This document shows, piece after piece, positions 24,222 through 34,431 of a stretch of DNA of 64,000 nt (within the stretch, counting starts at the first letter, position 1; each line of letters opens with the position of its first letter). Where the stretch lies: NCBI GenBank assembly GCA_963822965.1, contig CAWGJT010000010.1, positions 992,001-1,056,000 on the forward strand. The letters run 5' to 3'. This DNA comes from an uncultured delta proteobacterium. GTDB taxonomy: Bacteria > Myxococcota_A > UBA9160 > UBA4427. The translations under genes were made by a program, and so were the position numbers. The notes under the pieces were generated by a model that made no database searches, was not told where the DNA came from, and saw nothing but the letters and a program-made list of their open reading frames with translations.

Positions 24222-24229
24222 CCCGCGTC

Positions 24230-24868
24230 GTGTCGGCGTCCGCCGAAGCCGTCGTCGGGGGGATCCGCGAGGCATTCGCTGCGACCCCGCATCCGGGAGA
24301 TGCCTTCCTGGTGGGCAGCCACGACGGCTGCGAGCCGGCGGAGACCCTCGAGCCCTTCCGGGGGCTCGCCCACTGGAGCGACGTTCCGGTAGAGACCCTC
24401 GACGCCGAGTACACCGCCCTCTCCTTTCTCTCGGACGGGGGCTTCCGCTTCTTCCTTCCGGCGTACGTCGTCGCGGAGCTCGAAGGGCGACTAACCACGG
24501 CCGACCCGCTCTTCCACCTCGCCAGCGGCTTCCTGCGCACGTCCGTCCGTGTTGCCCCAGGCAGCGGGATGCCCCTGCGCTCCACCGGCGGCGACACGCT
24601 CCTCAACCCCCGGCGCTACGGCGCGATCACGTTCGAGGACTACGCGCGATTCAGGCTCTCGGTGTTCTGTCGGGAGGAGGCGCGGGCGTTGGTCGTCTAT
24701 CTGCAGCACCGCTACCGGACCGCAAGCCTGGAGCAGGAGCGCAACACGATCGAGGCGGCGCTCGAGCGCTTCTGGCTCGCCCGTGCGGACGCCGCACCGA
24801 CCCGGGCCGAGCTCGACGCACACCTTGCCGACCTCGAGACCCACCTGCGCGGGATCACCCCGCGCTGA
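24230..24868 (+). CDS. Hypothetical protein (DUF6714-like)
   Basis: IREAFAATPHPGD...ALSFLSDGGFRFFLPAY pattern. Confidence 0.7.
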   Translation: MSASAEAVVGGIREAFAATPHPGDAFLVGSHDGCEPAETLEPFRGLAHWSDVPVETLDAEYTALSFLSDGGFRFFLPAYVVAELEGRLTTADPLFHLASGFLRTSVRVAPGSGMPLRSTGGDTLLNPRRYGAITFEDYARFRLSVFCREEARALVVYLQHRYRTASLEQERNTIEAALERFWLARADAAPTRAELDAHLADLETHLRGITPR

Positions 24869-25035
24869 AGCCCTCGGCGCGATCGCCGCGCGCTCCCCCA
24901 CGGCGATCGCGCCTGGCCGTCGCCCCCGACCGGGGCGTCCTGTAGCGTGCCACCCCGAGCCTCCAGATCGCGCCCCCACCTCGCAGCATCGACCGCGTGC
25001 CCCGCGATCGACCGCGAGCCTCGAGAGGAGCCCCC

Positions 25036-26064
25036 ATGGCCGACCGGATCCGAATGGCCCTCCAGATTCCGAACTTCACCTACCCCGACACCGCTCCCGA
25101 GCAGATCTTCGATCGGGTGGTCGCCGCCGCCGTCGCCGCCGAGGAAGCGGGCTTCGACACGGTCCTGGTGATGGACCACTTCTACCAGCTGCCGCTGCTC
25201 GGCCCGCCGGACAACGAGATGCTGGAGGCCTACCCGCTGCTGGGCGCGCTCGCGGCGCGTACCGAACGCGTGCGGCTCGGCACGCTCGTCAGCGGCGTCA
25301 CGTACCGGAACCCGGCCCATCTGGCGAAGATCGTGACCACGCTCGACGTCATCTCGAAGGGGCGCGCGCTGCTGGGCATCGGTGCCGGCTGGTTCGAGCC
25401 GGAGCACGAGGGCTACGGCTTCGAGTTCCCGCCCATCGGGCAACGGCTGGATCGCCTCGAGGAGGCGCTCCAGATCGCGCGCGCCATGTTCCGCGGCGAG
25501 CGTCCGTCGCACGAGGGCCGCTACTACCGCACCCACGAAGCGCTGAACGTCCCCGCGCCGATTCGGCCGAGAGGCCCCGGCATCCTCGTGGGCGGCGTCG
25601 GCGAGAAGCGCACCCTCCGTCTGGTCGCGAGGTACGCCGACGAGAGCAACTGGACCTGCGCGCCGGAGGAGTTTCCGCGCAAGCTCGAGGCGCTCGAGAA
25701 GCACTGCGCTGCGGTGGGCCGCGATCGGCGCGAGATCGGTGTGTCGTGGCTCGCGACCCTGATGCTGGGAGAGACCACGGCGGACGCGGAGGCCCAACGC
25801 GAGGCGTTCCTGCGGGCCAGGGGCATGGAGTGGAGCACGCTCCCGGCCGAGGTCCAGGACAACATCTCGCGCATGCTGCTTCTGGGTGATCCGGATACCG
25901 TCGGCGAGTTCGTGCAGACGAAGGTCCGAGGGGCCGGCCTGGACGGCATCGTGGTGAACCTGCCGGCGAACGGGCACGACCCCGAGGCCGTCCGGCTGGC
26001 GGCGCACACGCTCTCGGCCGCCCTAGCGGGTCGGGGATCCGCGCGACGGAGTCGCGCTGGCTGA
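25036..26064 (+). CDS. LLM class (F420-type) oxidoreductase
   Basis: AEEAGFDTVLVMDHFYQ, LVSGVTYRNPAHLAK, TTLDVISKGR, GIGAGWFEPEH, GEKRTLRLVARYAD. Confidence 0.92.
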   Translation: MADRIRMALQIPNFTYPDTAPEQIFDRVVAAAVAAEEAGFDTVLVMDHFYQLPLLGPPDNEMLEAYPLLGALAARTERVRLGTLVSGVTYRNPAHLAKIVTTLDVISKGRALLGIGAGWFEPEHEGYGFEFPPIGQRLDRLEEALQIARAMFRGERPSHEGRYYRTHEALNVPAPIRPRGPGILVGGVGEKRTLRLVARYADESNWTCAPEEFPRKLEALEKHCAAVGRDRREIGVSWLATLMLGETTADAEAQREAFLRARGMEWSTLPAEVQDNISRMLLLGDPDTVGEFVQTKVRGAGLDGIVVNLPANGHDPEAVRLAAHTLSAALAGRGSARRSRAG

Positions 26065-26100
26065 AGGAGCCCGTTGGGGCTCCCTTTGCAGCGGAACCGC
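26063..26100. repeat. Palindromic intergenic element, copy 1 (REP-like/terminator-like)
   Basis: GAAGGAGCCCGTTGGGGCTCCCTTTGCAGCGGAACCGC; near-identical copy at 38208-38244. Confidence 0.75.
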
Positions 26101-26130
26101 GATCCAGGACTTCGTCTTGGGTCGCCGCGC

Positions 26131-26769
26131 CTAGTAGGGGGTGCTGCGACGACGGCGAGCGGCCAGGGCGGCGATGAAGCCCGCTCCGAGCAGCAGGCCG
26201 GTCGAGGGCTCGGGGAGCGGCGTGTTGACGAAGCTCTCGCTCCCACCCGACGCGTACGCGATCACGTGAAGGCCGATACGAAGGTCGCCCGTGGACAGGT
26301 CCGTGAGCACGTCGGCGAAGGTCTTTCCGCCCTGGAGCACGAAGTCGATGGCGACCCACTCGCTCGGCCCGACCCCGTTCATCGAGGGAGCGGGGACGGC
26401 CTGGGCCAGGAAGCCTGCGGTCACCTGGAACGCCGGGGAGATGCTGTTTCCGCCAGGAAGGTCCGGCGGGTTGGCGTCGGGCTCGAAGTCGACCCCCGGG
26501 CCGTCCATCACCGTGGAGAGCGCCAGCAGGGAGCCGTCGTCGAAGTACACCTCGGAGATCGCCGAGGCTTCCGGGCCCGCGTTGACGAAGAGGAATCGGA
26601 CGACGCCGCCCCCCTGGTCGCTCACCTCCGCGCTCAGCTGGCTTTCGCCGATCGCGCAGTCGCCCGCCAGGTTGTTGGTGATGCAGCCGAAGCCGACGGA
26701 CGTCGCCTGCGCCGGCGGGGCGACGAGCGCCGCCAGCGGCAGGAGAAAGAGAAATAGCCGTGCGCGCAT
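26131..26769 (-). CDS. PEP-CTERM sorting domain surface protein
   Basis: Signal peptide; C-terminal LPEPSTGLLLGAGFIAALAARRRR; GGAGG RBS. Confidence 0.9.
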   Translation of the reverse strand: MRARLFLFLLPLAALVAPPAQATSVGFGCITNNLAGDCAIGESQLSAEVSDQGGGVVRFLFVNAGPEASAISEVYFDDGSLLALSTVMDGPGVDFEPDANPPDLPGGNSISPAFQVTAGFLAQAVPAPSMNGVGPSEWVAIDFVLQGGKTFADVLTDLSTGDLRIGLHVIAYASGGSESFVNTPLPEPSTGLLLGAGFIAALAARRRRSTPY

Positions 26770-26801
26770 GTCGCAATCCTCCCCGGGACGGGCCAGGATT
26801 G

Positions 26802-26817
26802 TGCAAATTCCAGACCG
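26802..26817 (-). promoter_or_regulatory. Candidate sigma54 promoter of the PEP-CTERM gene
   Basis: Minus strand CGGTCTGGAATTTGCA = GG-N10-GC with TTTGCA, 32 nt upstream of the ATG. Confidence 0.4.
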
Positions 26818-27035
26818 TTCGATCTGAAATGCTGCAAGTGACCGTTCTTGCTCACATTGGCAACCGCGTGGCCGAGGCCCATGCGAAGAACGATTCCACT
26901 CCCGCGGAACATCGCTTCCGCTTTGGCCGATCCAGGGCCCGTTCGGCGCAGGCGTTCTGGATCGCTCTGTCCGAATTGGTCGCGGCTGATCTGCCCGGAT
27001 CTGTCGTAGGCTCGGGGCGAAGCACCCCGCCGAGC

Positions 27036-27620
27036 TCACTCCAGCATGCTGAGGGTGCCCGTATGGATGTCCCGCAGCATCGCTCGGCCGAGGGGCAGCT
27101 TGCCGGTGACCGCCATCCCCATCAGGGCATTCGTCAGGGCGCGAGACACCTGCTGGGGGGACCGGCTCTTGGGTAGCTCCCCTCTTCCCTGCGCCTGCCG
27201 CAGCGCCCGCTGGATCGACTTCTGGAGGAGATCGAGGGTCTCGTGCAGCAGCTCCGCGATCTCGCGGTCGTGAGGGCCCAGCTCGACCAACGCATTCGCC
27301 ACCAAGCAGCCCCGGCAGCGCGCGTCGGCGGCCAGGCGCTCGAAGAACCGCACCACCGCCTTCACGTTGTCCAGCGGTGAGCCGTCACCGGCGAGGATCG
27401 CGAGCGCCTGGGAGAGCTGGGTCGCGCGATAGTGCTCGATGCAGCGGATGAAGAGCTCGCGTTTGCTGCCGAAGGTGTCGTAGAGACTCTGGCGCGAGAT
27501 GCCCATGTGCTCCTGGAGCTCCGAGAGACCGACGGCCTGGTAGCCCCGGGCCCAGAACAGGTTCATCGCCCGCTCCAGCACCGCGCGTTCGTCGAAGCCC
27601 TTGGGACGCCCTGCGCGCAT
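27036..27620 (-). CDS. TetR/AcrR family regulator
   Basis: GRPKGFD...FWARGY...GISRQSLYDTFGSKRELF...GCLVAN; TAGGAT-N6-ATG. Confidence 0.93.
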   Translation of the reverse strand: MRAGRPKGFDERAVLERAMNLFWARGYQAVGLSELQEHMGISRQSLYDTFGSKRELFIRCIEHYRATQLSQALAILAGDGSPLDNVKAVVRFFERLAADARCRGCLVANALVELGPHDREIAELLHETLDLLQKSIQRALRQAQGRGELPKSRSPQQVSRALTNALMGMAVTGKLPLGRAMLRDIHTGTLSMLE

Positions 27621-27811
27621 TCCCGCATCCTACTCCACGGCACATCCGGATGGAGCCTCTCCGCGCGGACGGGCACGGTCATGGGGTCTTCGGAGTGCAA
27701 GCGCGCCAGGAGGATCGGGTTTTCCTCCTATTCGCCGGGATCGATTGGCCCCCTGGGCCGGGGGTCCGGGTGGCTCCTGCTCCGCGGTCGCGGGGCCCCT
27801 ACCCTGGCCCC

Positions 27812-27880
27812 ATGTCGAACGAGTCGAACGAACGGAACCCTTGCCTCACCCCGCGCGACCGGGCCGGGGTGCTCTCGTGA
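27812..27880 (+). CDS. Putative leaderless 22-aa uORF (MSNESNERNPCLTPRDRAGVLS)
   Basis: TACCCT-N6-ATG; its TGA overlaps the GTG of the next gene (GTGA). Confidence 0.3.
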   Translation: MSNESNERNPCLTPRDRAGVLS

Positions 27881-28707
27881 CGGCCGACCTCGTGAAGGCG
27901 GCCGCCGACCTACGCGCTCGCCATCGACCCGGCCAACCGCTCGTCCTGGCCAATGCCTGGGACGTCGCCAGTGCACGCCGCTTCGCCGCGCTCGGCCTTC
28001 CGGTCCTGGCCACGACCAGCGCCGGCGTCGCCAACGCCCTGGGCTTTCCCGATGGAGAGGCCATCCCGCCGGATCTGATGTTCGAGGCGATCGGCCGCAT
28101 CGCAGCCGCGGTCCAAGTTCCCGTGACGGCGGACCTGGAGGCCGGCTACGGCCTGTCCGCGGACGAGCTCGTCGATCGAATGCTCGCCGCGGGCTGCGTG
28201 GGCTTGAATCTCGAGGATACGGACCACGGCGCGGGCGCCGGCAGCCTCGTCGACGCCGAGCGCCAGGCCGAGCGCCTGGCGGCGCTGAAGGCCGCGGGGC
28301 GCGCGGCCGGTGTCGACGTGGTCCTCAACGCCCGGGTCGACGTGTACCTGAGCCGGGTGCCGCCGGGCCAACGCGTCGAAGAAGGAATCCGGCGCGGCCG
28401 CCGCTACCTCGATGCCGGCGCCGACTGCATCTATCCCATTCTCGCGCGGGAGGAAGAAGAGCTCGAAGCGCTCGTTGCCGGCATCGGAGGCCCGGTCAAC
28501 GTGCTGGCGCTCCCACAGGGTCCGTTCCTGACACGACTCGCCGAGCTCGGCGTCGCGCGCGTGAGCTTCGGCTCGCTCCTCATGAAGGCCGCTCTGGCCG
28601 CCGCCGAGCGCGCGCTGGGCGCCTTCCTCCCCGGCTCGGAGACCTCAGCCGGGGCGCTTCAGAGCGCTGCGACGCTCTCGGGGGCCGGCACGCGCGGCGT
28701 GCCGTGA
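27877..28707 (+). CDS. Isocitrate lyase/PEP mutase family protein
   Basis: LANAWDVASA, ATTSAGVA, PVTADLEAGYG, GLNLED, LNARVD, AGADCIY, LGVARVSFG. Confidence 0.9.
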   Translation: MTADLVKAAADLRARHRPGQPLVLANAWDVASARRFAALGLPVLATTSAGVANALGFPDGEAIPPDLMFEAIGRIAAAVQVPVTADLEAGYGLSADELVDRMLAAGCVGLNLEDTDHGAGAGSLVDAERQAERLAALKAAGRAAGVDVVLNARVDVYLSRVPPGQRVEEGIRRGRRYLDAGADCIYPILAREEEELEALVAGIGGPVNVLALPQGPFLTRLAELGVARVSFGSLLMKAALAAAERALGAFLPGSETSAGALQSAATLSGAGTRGVP

Positions 28708-29318
28708 GCGTCCAGTAGCTGCTCGATCAGTGGCCGCACGGCTCGGGCGGCGTCGTCGCGATCGTGCACCTGACGCAGCACCAGGGCGCCTTCGAAGAGC
28801 ACCGTGTAGCTGTCCGCAAAGCCGTCCGGATCCCGCAGACCGGCGGCGGCGGCGAGGTCGCGCACCCAGTCGCGATTGGATCGCTTGTGGGCGGCGGCGG
28901 CGCGATGGATCGCGTCGTCCGGGTTCGGGAACTCGGCGGCGGCGTTGATGAACTGACAGCCGAAGAACGCCGGATCGTTGAACAGGATGTCGAGCACGTC
29001 GACCAGTCCCACGAGCTGGCGTTCGGGCGCTTCGCCGACCAGGAAGCGCACCGCCTCGCGCCAGGCCCCCATCTCCCAGGCGTCCCGTGCCTCGAGCGCC
29101 TTCACCACCAGATCGTCTTTGCTCTTGAAGTGCTTGTAGAAGGTCGTCTTCGAGACGCCCGCCTCGGCCAGCACCCAGTCGAGACCGACCGCGTTGATGC
29201 CGTGGCGATAGAAGAGATGCATCGCCACCCCCACGAGACGCTCACGGCCCTGCTTGGGCACCTCCGGGAGCCGAAGCAGCTCGCGAACCCGCTCGCCGAC
29301 GTCGGGTGCTTGCGCCAT
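28659..29318 (-). CDS. TetR/AcrR family regulator
   Basis: LFYRHGINAVG...AGVSKTTFYKHFKSKDDLV...FFGCQFINAAAEF. Confidence 0.93.
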   Translation of the reverse strand: MAQAPDVGERVRELLRLPEVPKQGRERLVGVAMHLFYRHGINAVGLDWVLAEAGVSKTTFYKHFKSKDDLVVKALEARDAWEMGAWREAVRFLVGEAPERQLVGLVDVLDILFNDPAFFGCQFINAAAEFPNPDDAIHRAAAAHKRSNRDWVRDLAAAAGLRDPDGFADSYTVLFEGALVLRQVHDRDDAARAVRPLIEQLLDAHGTPRVPAPESVAAL

Positions 29319-29456
29319 GGCCGCAAGATTCGCCCAGGGGGTTACCCGGAGTCAACCGGGGTGGACCGCAAGTGAACTGCCGTGGTGGGTGTCGCTGCCG
29401 ATAGCTTCCTCGTCGGTCATCGCAGACACGCGGGACCCTCGAAGAGGAGCACGACC

Positions 29457-30011
29457 ATGACGACCGAGACGCTGAACGGACTGGACCTCAAGCAGCTGAA
29501 CGAAACCGTGGACGCCATCAAGGGCGACGCGGAGATCGCGCAGTTCGAATTTCGCAGCACCAACGAGTGGGTCCAGGGCGGGGAGAACCGCTCGACGATC
29601 CAGCAGTTCTACGGCGCCAAGCAGTGGGACGATTCGCGCACGGAGCCCTTCGTTTTCACCAACGGCGAGCCGCCCGTGCTGCTGGGCGCGAACGAAGGCG
29701 CGAACCCCGTGGAGTTCCTCCTCCATGCGCTGGCCGGATGCGTGACGACGACCACCGTGCTCCACGCCGCGGCCCGGGGGATTCGCATCGAGTCCATCGC
29801 GACGCAGCTGCGGGGGCGGATCGACCTCCAGGGGCTGCTCGGCCTCGATCCGACCGTCGCCCCGGGCTACGAGTCGATCGAGATCGATATGGACATTCGT
29901 GCGGACTGCTCGGACGAGGAGCTCGACGCCCTGCTCCGCTTCGCCGAAGCGCACTCGCCCGTGTGCAACACGGTGTGTCGGCCGGTTCCGGTCACCCTGC
30001 GGCGGGTGTAG
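29457..30011 (+). CDS. OsmC family protein
   Basis: EPPVLLG...ANPVEFLLHALAGC...DLQGLLG...HSPV; GAGGAG RBS; divergent from TetR. Confidence 0.9.
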   Translation: MTTETLNGLDLKQLNETVDAIKGDAEIAQFEFRSTNEWVQGGENRSTIQQFYGAKQWDDSRTEPFVFTNGEPPVLLGANEGANPVEFLLHALAGCVTTTTVLHAAARGIRIESIATQLRGRIDLQGLLGLDPTVAPGYESIEIDMDIRADCSDEELDALLRFAEAHSPVCNTVCRPVPVTLRRV

Positions 30012-30181
30012 CGGGTGGACGAGGCCCGGGCCCACCACCCCGGTGGGTCCGGGCCTGCGCGCGGGTCTGCACCCCGTGTTGCCGGTTCGCTGCGTACGAG
30101 CTGCGCGGGTTCTCGCTCTCGTGCACCAGATTCGAGCCTTGCGGCTGGACCGATCCGACGATTCGGCCGATACGTGACCTC

Positions 30182-31489
30182 GTGGAGAGCCACCAGACCA
30201 ACGGGGAATCTGCGACCTCGGACGAGCTGCCGCTCGAGGCGGGCACCTCGCTCCGGGTGGACTACCGGTCCGCAGGCGAGCTCGAAACGGAGTTCGAAGA
30301 GAGCCTGCGTCATGGCGCACTCTTCGTGCCCAGCGAGGCGGAATGGGAGCTGGGGCAGTCCGTCTGCGTGCGTCTGGCTCTCGCCTTCTGCGACCGCGAG
30401 GTCGAGATCTCGGGACGGGTCGCAGCCCTCAGGCCGCCGGCCATGGCTCGGACCGGCGCGGTCCCGGGCGTTTCGGTTCAGCTTCGAACCCCGATCGCCA
30501 CACTTCGCACCACGCTCGAGGAGGCGACCGGACTCTCGCTGTCGGCGGCCGATCCCGGGCCCCGCGACGAGCGCCGCGAGTCGCCCCGGGGTCCTGCCCA
30601 CGGAATCGCGATGCTGGCGGTGGGCAGCTCCCGCTTCCCCGCCGAGATCCTCAACGTGAGCTACGGCGGCATGCTGGCCCTGCTCCACGGCCTGGACCTC
30701 GGGCCGGGCAGCGAGGCCGACGCGATCCTCAGGCATCCGCAGACGGAGCAGGAGATCTCCGTCCCGAGCCGAATCGTCAGCCAGGCTCGCTGCGACCACG
30801 GCAAGGTGGCGGTCGGAATCCAGTTCCAGTACCCGGCCAGGCGCATCGACGAGGTGATGGCCTTCATCGACGACCTGAAGAGCCTCCAGCACGCCAAGCG
30901 ACTCGCGCAGATCTCGGGCTCGCTGACCGACGCCTCTCTGGAAGACGTGATCGAGACCATGGCGGGGGCCTCGAGCGAGGGAACCCTGCGGATCTCCCGG
31001 GACGACGAGGAGGGCGTCCTCGTCCACCGGGACGGCGAGATCCTCCACGCCGCCACCGGCCTGGTCTCCGGCATGAAGGCCGTGAGCCGCCTGCTCCTGT
31101 GGCGTGACGGACGCTTCGCCTACCAGGCGGCGGTCGATCCCTTCGAGACTGCGGAGGCGCCTCTTCCCATCGAGGCCGCGCTGCTCGCAGCGGCGGTCAA
31201 CCGGGACGAGGCCGTGCGGCACGGGATCGACGAGTTCGAACCGGACGACGTCTTTCGCGTCGACACCACACTGCTGGAGCAGCTCGGACCCCAGCTGGAC
31301 GAGGTGCACCTCGACATCGCAGAGCACGTCCGCATGGGCTTTCCGCTGGGTGCCATCCTCGACATCCTGATCCAGGGGGACGGCGTGATCTACAAGGCTC
31401 TGGCCGAGCTCTTCGACAGCGGCGTCGTCTCCCGGTCGACTCCCACGGAGGCGCGCGGCGGCGCCGAGGAACGTCAGCGCCTCGCGTGA
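30182..31489 (+). CDS. PilZ + PilZ + DUF4388 domain protein; start uncertain
   Basis: GALFV PilZ-like domain, RRESPR (RxxxR) with NVSYGG, then SGSL...SEGTLRI...DGEILHA...LLWRDGRF. Confidence 0.8.
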   Translation: MESHQTNGESATSDELPLEAGTSLRVDYRSAGELETEFEESLRHGALFVPSEAEWELGQSVCVRLALAFCDREVEISGRVAALRPPAMARTGAVPGVSVQLRTPIATLRTTLEEATGLSLSAADPGPRDERRESPRGPAHGIAMLAVGSSRFPAEILNVSYGGMLALLHGLDLGPGSEADAILRHPQTEQEISVPSRIVSQARCDHGKVAVGIQFQYPARRIDEVMAFIDDLKSLQHAKRLAQISGSLTDASLEDVIETMAGASSEGTLRISRDDEEGVLVHRDGEILHAATGLVSGMKAVSRLLLWRDGRFAYQAAVDPFETAEAPLPIEAALLAAAVNRDEAVRHGIDEFEPDDVFRVDTTLLEQLGPQLDEVHLDIAEHVRMGFPLGAILDILIQGDGVIYKALAELFDSGVVSRSTPTEARGGAEERQRLA

Positions 31490-31538
31490 CGCGGGAACGG
31501 CCCGGGCCCTCGCGCCCGGGCGCCACCCGCGGCTCTCG

Positions 31539-32237
31539 TCAGGCTCCCGAACCGGGAACCACGTAGATCGCAATCGTCGCGAAGTGGACGGCGGCCCCGG
31601 CGATCACGAAGGCGTGGAAGATCTCGTGATAGCCGAAGACGGCCGGGACCGGGTCGGGCCGCTGCAGACCGTAGACGACGGCTCCTGCCACGTACAGCGC
31701 ACCGCCGACGAGCATCCACGCGGTGGCGGGGGCGCCGATCGCCGCGACCACCCGGGGCAGGAAGAGCACGGCCGCGGAGCCGACGACGACGAAGATCGCG
31801 GCACTCGCCCACTTCGGCGGCTCGCTCCAGATCGTCTTCACGATGCCGCCGAAGAGCGCCGCGCCCCACACGCCGGTCAGCACCCGGGAGGCCAGCTGCG
31901 GCTCGAGCTGGAGCATGGCGATGGGCGTGTACGTGCCCGCGATCAGGACGAAGATCATCGCCAGATCGACCCGCGCGACCCAGTAGCGCGCGCGCGGCGA
32001 CCAGTGGACGCCATGGTAGAGAGCGCTCGTCCCGAGCAGGCCCACGAGGCTTCCCGCGTACACGGCGGTGGCCAGGGTCGCCCGGCCGCTGGGCGCCAGA
32101 GCCACCAGCAGGATGCAGGGCAGCAGCGAAACCAAGAACGCATAGCGGTGCGAGACGCCCCGCAGCCGCGGCTTGACGCGCGCAGGCACGGGTGCGGCAT
32201 GCGGCTTCGCCAGGGCGTGAGAAGAACCGGAATGCAT
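31539..32237 (-). CDS. Hemolysin III / PAQR family membrane protein
   Basis: KPRLRGVSH, SALYH, DLAMIFVLIAGTYTP, FGYHEIFHAFV, H motif. Confidence 0.92.
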   Translation of the reverse strand: MHSGSSHALAKPHAAPVPARVKPRLRGVSHRYAFLVSLLPCILLVALAPSGRATLATAVYAGSLVGLLGTSALYHGVHWSPRARYWVARVDLAMIFVLIAGTYTPIAMLQLEPQLASRVLTGVWGAALFGGIVKTIWSEPPKWASAAIFVVVGSAAVLFLPRVVAAIGAPATAWMLVGGALYVAGAVVYGLQRPDPVPAVFGYHEIFHAFVIAGAAVHFATIAIYVVPGSGA

Positions 32238-32436
32238 GGACGACCTCGTTCCGCCACGCGAGCCTAGACGACCCGTCGCCGGCCCCCGGCCAGCCCGCGG
32301 CCATGCCGCGCAGCCATCCGTCACCCCGGGGGAAGCGGCGGGTCCGAGCGAGCCTTCGACTCATCGGGCGGAGTCGGGTGCAGACTGAGCGCAGCGCCGA
32401 GCCCGTTCGCCGACGGCCCTGGTTCCCTCGCTGGCG

Positions 32437-32646
32437 TCAGTCGGTCTCGTCCAGCGACAGCGCGCGGTTCGGGCAGTAGCGCACCGCGGCCTCGACCTGC
32501 GACCGGAGCGCTTCGGGCGGGCTCTCGAGGATCAGCTCCACCCGGGCGTAGTCCCTCGGCCGATCCACCACCCGAAAGACCTCGGGAGCCTCGAGCTGGC
32601 ACATCGCGTGCCCCTGGCACAGCTCCAGGTCGATCTTCACGCGCAT
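32437..32646 (-). CDS. Ferredoxin, [3Fe-4S]-type P450 partner
   Basis: CQGHAMC...APEVF...CPNRA (CxxHxxC...CP). Confidence 0.92.
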   Translation of the reverse strand: MRVKIDLELCQGHAMCQLEAPEVFRVVDRPRDYARVELILESPPEALRSQVEAAVRYCPNRALSLDETD

Positions 32647-32656
32647 CGGCGTCGCC

Positions 32657-33986
32657 TCAGGCCCGGCGTCGATAGCGGAGCCGGCAGGGCTCGCTCGGCC
32701 GCAGGATCAGCGAAGGCATCACGTCCTGGTAGGACTCGGGCGGGTCCACCGGCTCGAACTCGTACCGGGAGAGGAGCGCACAGAAGATCGACTTCACCTG
32801 CAGGAGCGCGAAGGCGTTGCCCACGCACTTGCGGTGTCCCCCGCCGAACGGGATGTAGGCGAAGACGTTCTCCGGCTCCGGACGCGTAGGATCGAAGCGC
32901 TCGGGGTCGGGATAGACCTCCGGCATCCGATGCGACACGTACGGCGAGATCACCAGGGTGTCCCCGGCCGGGAACACGCATCCCTGGTAGTCGAAGTCCC
33001 GCAGCACCCGCCGCATCAGGGTCACCAGCGGCGGGTGCAGCCGCAGCACCTCGAAGACGAAGCGGTCGAGCGCCGGAATCTCGCGCAGCGCCGCGAAGGA
33101 GAGGCCTTCTCCGCCGCCGTAGACCGAGGCCACCTGGCGCGCGATCTCCGGGACGTGCTCGGGATGACGGGCGAGCTCCACGCTGGTCCAGCTGGCCGTG
33201 TTCGAGCTCGTGTGGAAGCCCGCGAACATGATCCACACGGCCATTCCCGGGATCAGCTCGTCGGCGAGCCGGCTCCCATCGAGGTACCGGGCCTCGAGGA
33301 AGACCTGCAGCATGTCGGGATGCTCGCCGCCCGCGCGCCGACGCTCGCGGACCGTCTCCATCAGCAGATCCTGCAGGCGGGCCCTCGCGCGATCGCGCCG
33401 GGCGAAGACCTCCTCCTCTCCGTGTGCGTCGACGACGGCCGAAGGAGAGATGGCGCAGCTCGAGGTCGTGGAAGAGCGCGCCGAACTCGTCCGTCAGCTT
33501 CGCGCGGAACGTCTGGCCCATCAGGCAGTGCGTGGACGTTCGCAGGACGAGCTCCTTGAACTCCTCGTAGAAGTCCCGCTCGCCTTCGTCTCCCCAGTCG
33601 GCCACGAAGTCCTCGACCTCCTGCGCGATCACCCGGGCGTAGCCCTTCATCTTCTCGGGACGCAGGGCGTGGGTCAGGAACTTCACCTGCTGTCGTTCGA
33701 TCTCGAGCGGCGCGCCGTACTGGATGCCCTCCCCGAAGACGGGGACCATGTACTGGTAGGGCGCCGACGCGGAGAGCTGGGTGTCGGGCGCACGGAAGAC
33801 GGCCTCGTGGGCCTCGGGGCCCACCAGCAGGACGTTCCGCGACCCGCCGAGGTCGAACTCGGCCAGCGGGCCGCACTCCTTCCAGGCGCGCAGCATGAAG
33901 CGGGCGGGATTCGCGAGGAACTCCTCGTAGTGGCCGCTTCCGGGCTTCGCGCCGCTCACGGCGATCGGCTGGAGGGATGCGCTCAT
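32657..33986 (-). CDS. cyp51: CYP51-like cytochrome P450; apparent +1 frameshift near 33455
   Basis: YQYMVPVFGEGIQY (B'-helix), MFAGFHTS (I-helix), EVLRLHPPL, PERFDP, IPFGGGHRKCVG. N-half in ORF 32637..34142, C-half in 32657..33361. Confidence 0.8.
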
Positions 33987-34080
33987 GTCGTGGCTCTCCG
34001 CTTCCCCTGCGCTCGTCTCCCGCCCCACTCCGGCACGCTCATGGACTCCTGCGGGCCCTTGGGATGCCTCCGAAGTCCGC

Positions 34081-34431
34081 TCAGTGGTCGTGGCCGGCGG
34101 GCCGCGCGGCGAGCTCGCGCTCGAGGGCCTCGAGCGCGGCATCGTCGATCCATCCCTTGTCCGTGGCGAGAGCCCGGAACGCGGAGAGCCAGCAGGCGTA
34201 GTAGTCGTAGGCGCCCTCGCCTCTCGCGGCGTCGTGGCGGTCGATGGCGTGGATCAGCCGTGACTGGAACTCGGGCCACTCGAAGCGGTCCGCCTCGTGG
34301 AGCGCCAGGGTGATCCCGAAGATGCGGCTCTGCCACGGCTCCGTGAACACCAGCTCGCCGTTCGCGCGCGGCGGCGCGGCGGACCCTTCCCGCGGCAGGA
34401 CGTGCTCCCCCGCGCTGCGCCTCCGCGTCAC
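34081..34431 (-). CDS. Nitrile hydratase accessory protein (P14K/NhlE-like)
   Basis: [20 protein letters not shown]...FEWPEFQ...[12 protein letters not shown] overlap with the alpha subunit. Confidence 0.9.
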   Translation of the reverse strand: MTRRRSAGEHVLPREGSAAPPRANGELVFTEPWQSRIFGITLALHEADRFEWPEFQSRLIHAIDRHDAARGEGAYDYYACWLSAFRALATDKGWIDDAALEALERELAARPAGHDH

